Positions 44,052 through 47,697 of a stretch of DNA of 47,697 nucleotides are shown here, one piece after another; the stretch's first letter is position 1, and every line of letters begins with the position of its first letter. Below the pieces are notes generated by a model that did no database searches, had not been told where the DNA came from, and worked only from the letters and a program-made list of their open reading frames with translations. This stretch comes from Vulcanimicrobiota bacterium (GTDB lineage: Bacteria > Vulcanimicrobiota > Vulcanimicrobiia > Vulcanimicrobiales > Vulcanimicrobiaceae), in NCBI GenBank assembly GCA_003135555.1, contig PLCF01000011.1:16634-64330 (forward strand). The letters are read 5' to 3'. The translations under genes were made by a program, and so were the position numbers.

Positions 44052-45464
44052 GTGAACGACACCACTTACGCCTCGCCGTTTTCGTGGCGGTACGCGCGCC
44101 CGTCGCTGCGCGAACTCTTCTCCGAGCGCGAGCGCCGTAGGCTGTGGCGCGCCGTGTGGGTCGCGCTCGCCGAGGCGCAAGAGCGTGCGGGCCTGGTCAG
44201 CCAAGCCGAGCTCGACGACCTGCGCGCCCACGCCGACGACATCGATCTGGCCGCGGCGCTCGCCATCGAGCGCGAGATCGGGCACGACCTCATGGCCGAG
44301 ATTCGCGTCTTCGCGGGGCAGGCGACCGTCGGCGGCGGGAAGATCCATCTCGGCGCGACCTCGATGGACGTCGAGGACACGGTCGAGACCTTTCGCATGA
44401 GGCTCGCCCTCGACCAAATCATTGCGGCGCTCGACGCGCTACTGCGCTCGTTTGCGAGCCGCATCGATCGCCACGCCGACCTCGTGTGCATGGGCTACAC
44501 GCACTTGCAGCCCGCCGAGCCGACGACGCTCGGGTACCGTCTCGCCGTCTACGCGCAAGATCTCCTGATCGATCGCTCAATGCTGCTCGCCGCGCGCGAG
44601 CAACTCACAGCCAAGGGCATTCGCGGGGCCGTCGGCACGTCAGCGTCGTATACGCGGCTGCTCGACGGTACGGAGCGCACGCCGCAGGATCAAGAGGACG
44701 ATGTTCTCGGCCGCTTCGGCCTGAGCGCGCGCGACGTCGCGACGCAGACCTATCCGCGCAAGCTCGACTACCTCTTGCTTTCCACGCTCGCCGGCCTTGG
44801 AGCCTCGCTCTCGAAGTTCGCGTTCGACGTGCGCGTCCTCGCGAGCCCCGGCTTCGGCGACATCGGCGAGCCCTTCGGCGCAAAGCAGGTAGGCTCGAGC
44901 GCGATGCCGTTCAAGCGCAACCCGGTGATGGCCGAGCGCATCGACTCGCTGGCGCGCCTGCTTCCAGCGTACGCCGACGTGGCATGGCAGAACGCCTCGA
45001 CCAACCTCCTCGAACGCACGCTTGACGATAGCGCCAACCGCCGCACCATCTTGCCCGAAGCGCTCTTGTGCAGCGACGAGATCGTCGCCCTGGCCAAGAA
45101 GATCGTCGACGGCCTGCGCGTGGACGAGCGCCGCATCGCTGAGAACCTGCGCACCTACGGCCCATTCTCGGGGACCGAAGCGATCCTCATCGAGGCGGCC
45201 AAGCGCGGCGGCGACCGCCAAGAGCTGCACGACGTCATCCGCGAGAGCGCGATGCGTGCGCACGACGCGCTCGCCGCGGGCGATTCGAACCCGCTCGCGA
45301 CGTTGCTCGCCGACGACGAGCGGATCGCGCGCTGGGTCGATCCGGCCGAGGTGCGCGAACTGCTCGACCCTACCAGCCACGTCGGCGACGCACCGGAGCG
45401 CGCGCGCCGGCTCGCCCAGCGGGTTCGCGACACCGTGGGAACGGGGAACGGTACCAATGCGTAA
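44052..45464 (+). CDS. purB: Adenylosuccinate lyase
   Basis: HDLMA, IHLGATS.D, GYTHLQPA, GSSAMPFKRNP, ERTLDDSA. Confidence 0.95.
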   Translation: MNDTTYASPFSWRYARPSLRELFSERERRRLWRAVWVALAEAQERAGLVSQAELDDLRAHADDIDLAAALAIEREIGHDLMAEIRVFAGQATVGGGKIHLGATSMDVEDTVETFRMRLALDQIIAALDALLRSFASRIDRHADLVCMGYTHLQPAEPTTLGYRLAVYAQDLLIDRSMLLAAREQLTAKGIRGAVGTSASYTRLLDGTERTPQDQEDDVLGRFGLSARDVATQTYPRKLDYLLLSTLAGLGASLSKFAFDVRVLASPGFGDIGEPFGAKQVGSSAMPFKRNPVMAERIDSLARLLPAYADVAWQNASTNLLERTLDDSANRRTILPEALLCSDEIVALAKKIVDGLRVDERRIAENLRTYGPFSGTEAILIEAAKRGGDRQELHDVIRESAMRAHDALAAGDSNPLATLLADDERIARWVDPAEVRELLDPTSHVGDAPERARRLAQRVRDTVGTGNGTNA

Positions 45465-46671
45465 GGGACACGAGATCGCGCGCGGCAAGACCAAGGTTCT
45501 CTACGAGCTGGAGGGTCAGCCCGACGTGCTCGTGGTGCAGCAGCAGGACGGGATCACCGCCCGCGACGGCGAGCGGCGCGACGTCATGGAAGGGAAAGGG
45601 CGCATCGCGGCCCAGACGACGGCGCGCGTGTTCCGTCTTTTGAACCTGTGCGGTCTGCCGACCCACTATCTCAACGGCGGCGAGGACGACGACGACAACG
45701 AGATGCTCGTGCGCCGCGCGCAGATGATCCCGCTCGAGGTGGTGGTGCGCGGCGTCGCGGCGGGATCGCTGGTCAAACGGCGGCCCGGTATCCAGCGTGG
45801 CGCGCTGTTGGTCCCGCGCATGATCGAATTCTTCCTCAAGGACGACGCGAACCACGATCCCCTGATCGATCCCGACACGATCGTCGCGCAAGGCATCGCC
45901 ACGCCGGCCGAGATCGCGACGATGCAAGAGCTGGCGCGAATAACCTACGAGATCCTCGCGCACGCCTGGCGCCGCCGCGATACCCTCCTGGTCGATCTCA
46001 AGATCGAGTTCGGACGCCTGGCAAGCGGCGAGGGCAAGGGGCAACTCGTCATCGCCGACGTGATCGACAACGACTCGTGGCGCGTGTGGCCGCAGGGCCG
46101 CGAAGAGCTGATGCTCGACAAGCAGCAGTATCGCAACCTCGAGGTCGTCACGCCGGCCGATCTCGACCGCATCCGTGCCAACTACGAGACCGTCGCCGAG
46201 ATCGTCGGGACGTTCCCGCAGATGCGGCCGGGGATGGTGGCGCTCATCAGCGACGGTGCCGAGCACGGCGCGACGACCGAACTCATGGGTCGGGCTCTGG
46301 GCAGCTACGGCCTCCCCTCGGTGCGGCACATCGTATCGGTCACTCGCACGCCGGGCTACGTGCTGCAGCTGGTCGGACAGCTCGAAGCGACGTTTGCGCG
46401 GATGGTGACCGTCGCCATCGGCACGGCCCAGAGCGCGCTCGCCGACGTCATCGAGAACGCGACCGCGAACCCGGTGCTGGGCGTCGACGTCGCCGATCCA
46501 CGTGCGGACGACGTCGCGCTGCGCTGCGCGAAGGCGTTCGCACTCGAGGACACCGTCGTGTTCGGCCGCGTCCTGCTGTTGCAAGCGAACGCGCGCAGCG
46601 CCGTGCTCGGTGCCGATGCGCAGCTCAACGCGCCGCCACCGCCGCTCCCACCAGGTGTAGCGCGTGCCTGA
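45457..46671 (+). CDS. purC: SAICAR synthetase fused to a degenerate PurE-like domain (PAICS-like architecture)
   Basis: GKTK, MIPLEVVVR, KDDANHDP, LVDLKIEFG, ADVIDNDSWR.WP; ~150-aa C-terminal extension. Confidence 0.9.
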   Translation: MRKGHEIARGKTKVLYELEGQPDVLVVQQQDGITARDGERRDVMEGKGRIAAQTTARVFRLLNLCGLPTHYLNGGEDDDDNEMLVRRAQMIPLEVVVRGVAAGSLVKRRPGIQRGALLVPRMIEFFLKDDANHDPLIDPDTIVAQGIATPAEIATMQELARITYEILAHAWRRRDTLLVDLKIEFGRLASGEGKGQLVIADVIDNDSWRVWPQGREELMLDKQQYRNLEVVTPADLDRIRANYETVAEIVGTFPQMRPGMVALISDGAEHGATTELMGRALGSYGLPSVRHIVSVTRTPGYVLQLVGQLEATFARMVTVAIGTAQSALADVIENATANPVLGVDVADPRADDVALRCAKAFALEDTVVFGRVLLLQANARSAVLGADAQLNAPPPPLPPGVARA

Positions 46672-47697
46672 GGCGGCGGCCGTGCTCGACGACGCTGTCG
46701 CGCGCGGTCGCCGCCTCCGGCTCGCGCTCTCGGACGAAGAACTGCGGCGTATCGCCGAGCACCTGGGACGGCTGCCGACCGACACGGAGCTGTTCGCCTT
46801 CGATGCGCAGTGGAGCGAGCATTGCTCCTACAAGTCGTCGCGCGAGCACCTCGGCAAGCTGCCCACCACCGGGCCGAACGTGCTGGTGGGCGTCGGCGAA
46901 GACGCGGGGATCGTTCGGCTCGGTGAATGGCAAGGCGAGAAGTACGGGATCGTGGTCGCGCACGAGTCGCACAACCACCCCTCGCAGGTCGTGCCGTTCG
47001 AGGGGGCGGCGACGGGCGTCGGCGGGATCGTACGCGACGTGCTGTGCATGGGCGCCGAGGTCATCGGCATCGCCGACCCGCTGCGGTTCGGAAGGCTCGA
47101 GAACGAGCATTGCCGCTACGTCGCGCAGTCGGTGGTGGACGGCATCGCCGCCTACGGCAACGCGATCGGCGTGCCCAACGTCGGCGGCGACGTTTTCTTC
47201 GACGAGTCGTTCGACGACAACGTGCTCGTCAACGTCATCGCCCTCGGGCTGGTGAAGGAGAAGGACATCATCCATTCGCGCGCGCCCAGGGGTAGCGTCG
47301 GCTGGGACATCGTGCTGGTCGGAAAGGCGACCGATCGCAGCGGCTTCGGCGGCGCGTCGTTTTCCTCGTTGATGCTCGACGAAGAGGACGCCGAGCAGAA
47401 CAAGGGCGCGGTCCAAGTCCCCGACCCGTTTCTCAAGAACGTGATCATGCGCGCGTCGTACGCAGTGTTCGCAGAGTTGCGCAAGGCGGGGATCACCGCC
47501 GGATTCAAGGATCTCGGCGCGGGCGGACTTGCCGGTTGCAGCGCCGAGCTGTGCGCCGCCGGCGGGATGGGTGCCGAGATCGAGCTGGAGCGCGTCTCGA
47601 CCGCGCAGACGAATCTCCCGCCCGAAGTGATCGCCATTGGGGAAACGCAAGAGCGCCTGTGCTGGATCGTCCCACCGTCGTTCACCCCGCTGCTGCT
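46664..47697 (+). CDS. purL: Phosphoribosylformylglycinamidine synthase subunit PurL (runs off window end)
   Basis: WSEHCSYKSS, GEDAG, ESHNHPS...PFEGAATGVGGI.RD, AVQVPDPF, DLGAGGL, ETQER. Confidence 0.95.
   Translation, partial: MPEAAAVLDDAVARGRRLRLALSDEELRRIAEHLGRLPTDTELFAFDAQWSEHCSYKSSREHLGKLPTTGPNVLVGVGEDAGIVRLGEWQGEKYGIVVAHESHNHPSQVVPFEGAATGVGGIVRDVLCMGAEVIGIADPLRFGRLENEHCRYVAQSVVDGIAAYGNAIGVPNVGGDVFFDESFDDNVLVNVIALGLVKEKDIIHSRAPRGSVGWDIVLVGKATDRSGFGGASFSSLMLDEEDAEQNKGAVQVPDPFLKNVIMRASYAVFAELRKAGITAGFKDLGAGGLAGCSAELCAAGGMGAEIELERVSTAQTNLPPEVIAIGETQERLCWIVPPSFTPLL

Overview
High-GC bacterial chromosome segment. Gene content and style suggest a Terrabacteria lineage such as Eremiobacterota/Vulcanimicrobiota; this is an inference and was not verified. 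(1) Bases 1-~12190 are the tRNA-proximal end of an integrated accessory island that is visibly more AT-rich. It carries a truncated ART-like gene, an orphan Xre/MbcA antitoxin, an HTH rep-like gene, an RHH regulator, a YjzC/protein-L pair, a SEFIR protein, DUF5131 (Gp37/Gp68), a catalytically truncated integrase-like protein, a 702-aa CHAT protease, and TcmP preceded by a perfect CGAAC-N4-GTTCG SOS box. The island ends at tRNA-Glu(CTC) and tRNA-Gln(CTG), which are preceded by an overlapping HNH gene. (2) ~13000-47697 is mostly core genome: sugar nucleotidyl/glycosyltransferases, a GMC oxidoreductase, pcrA, dapB-asd-lysC-dapA, comF, ribD-ribE...ribBA-ribH, mtnA, holA and purB-purC-purL. (3) An IS1595-family transposon with passenger genes (32599-34999) sits in a palindromic site that resembles its own end, directly upstream of an unusual XRE-HTH-RibBA fusion. 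The best candidates for new biology are the SOS-box/TcmP/CHAT/DUF5131/SEFIR module, the end-mimic-targeting IS1595, the HTH-RibBA fusion with its candidate operator, and a PAICS-like PurC with a degenerate PurE domain. All family assignments come from motif recognition by eye; no database searches were run.
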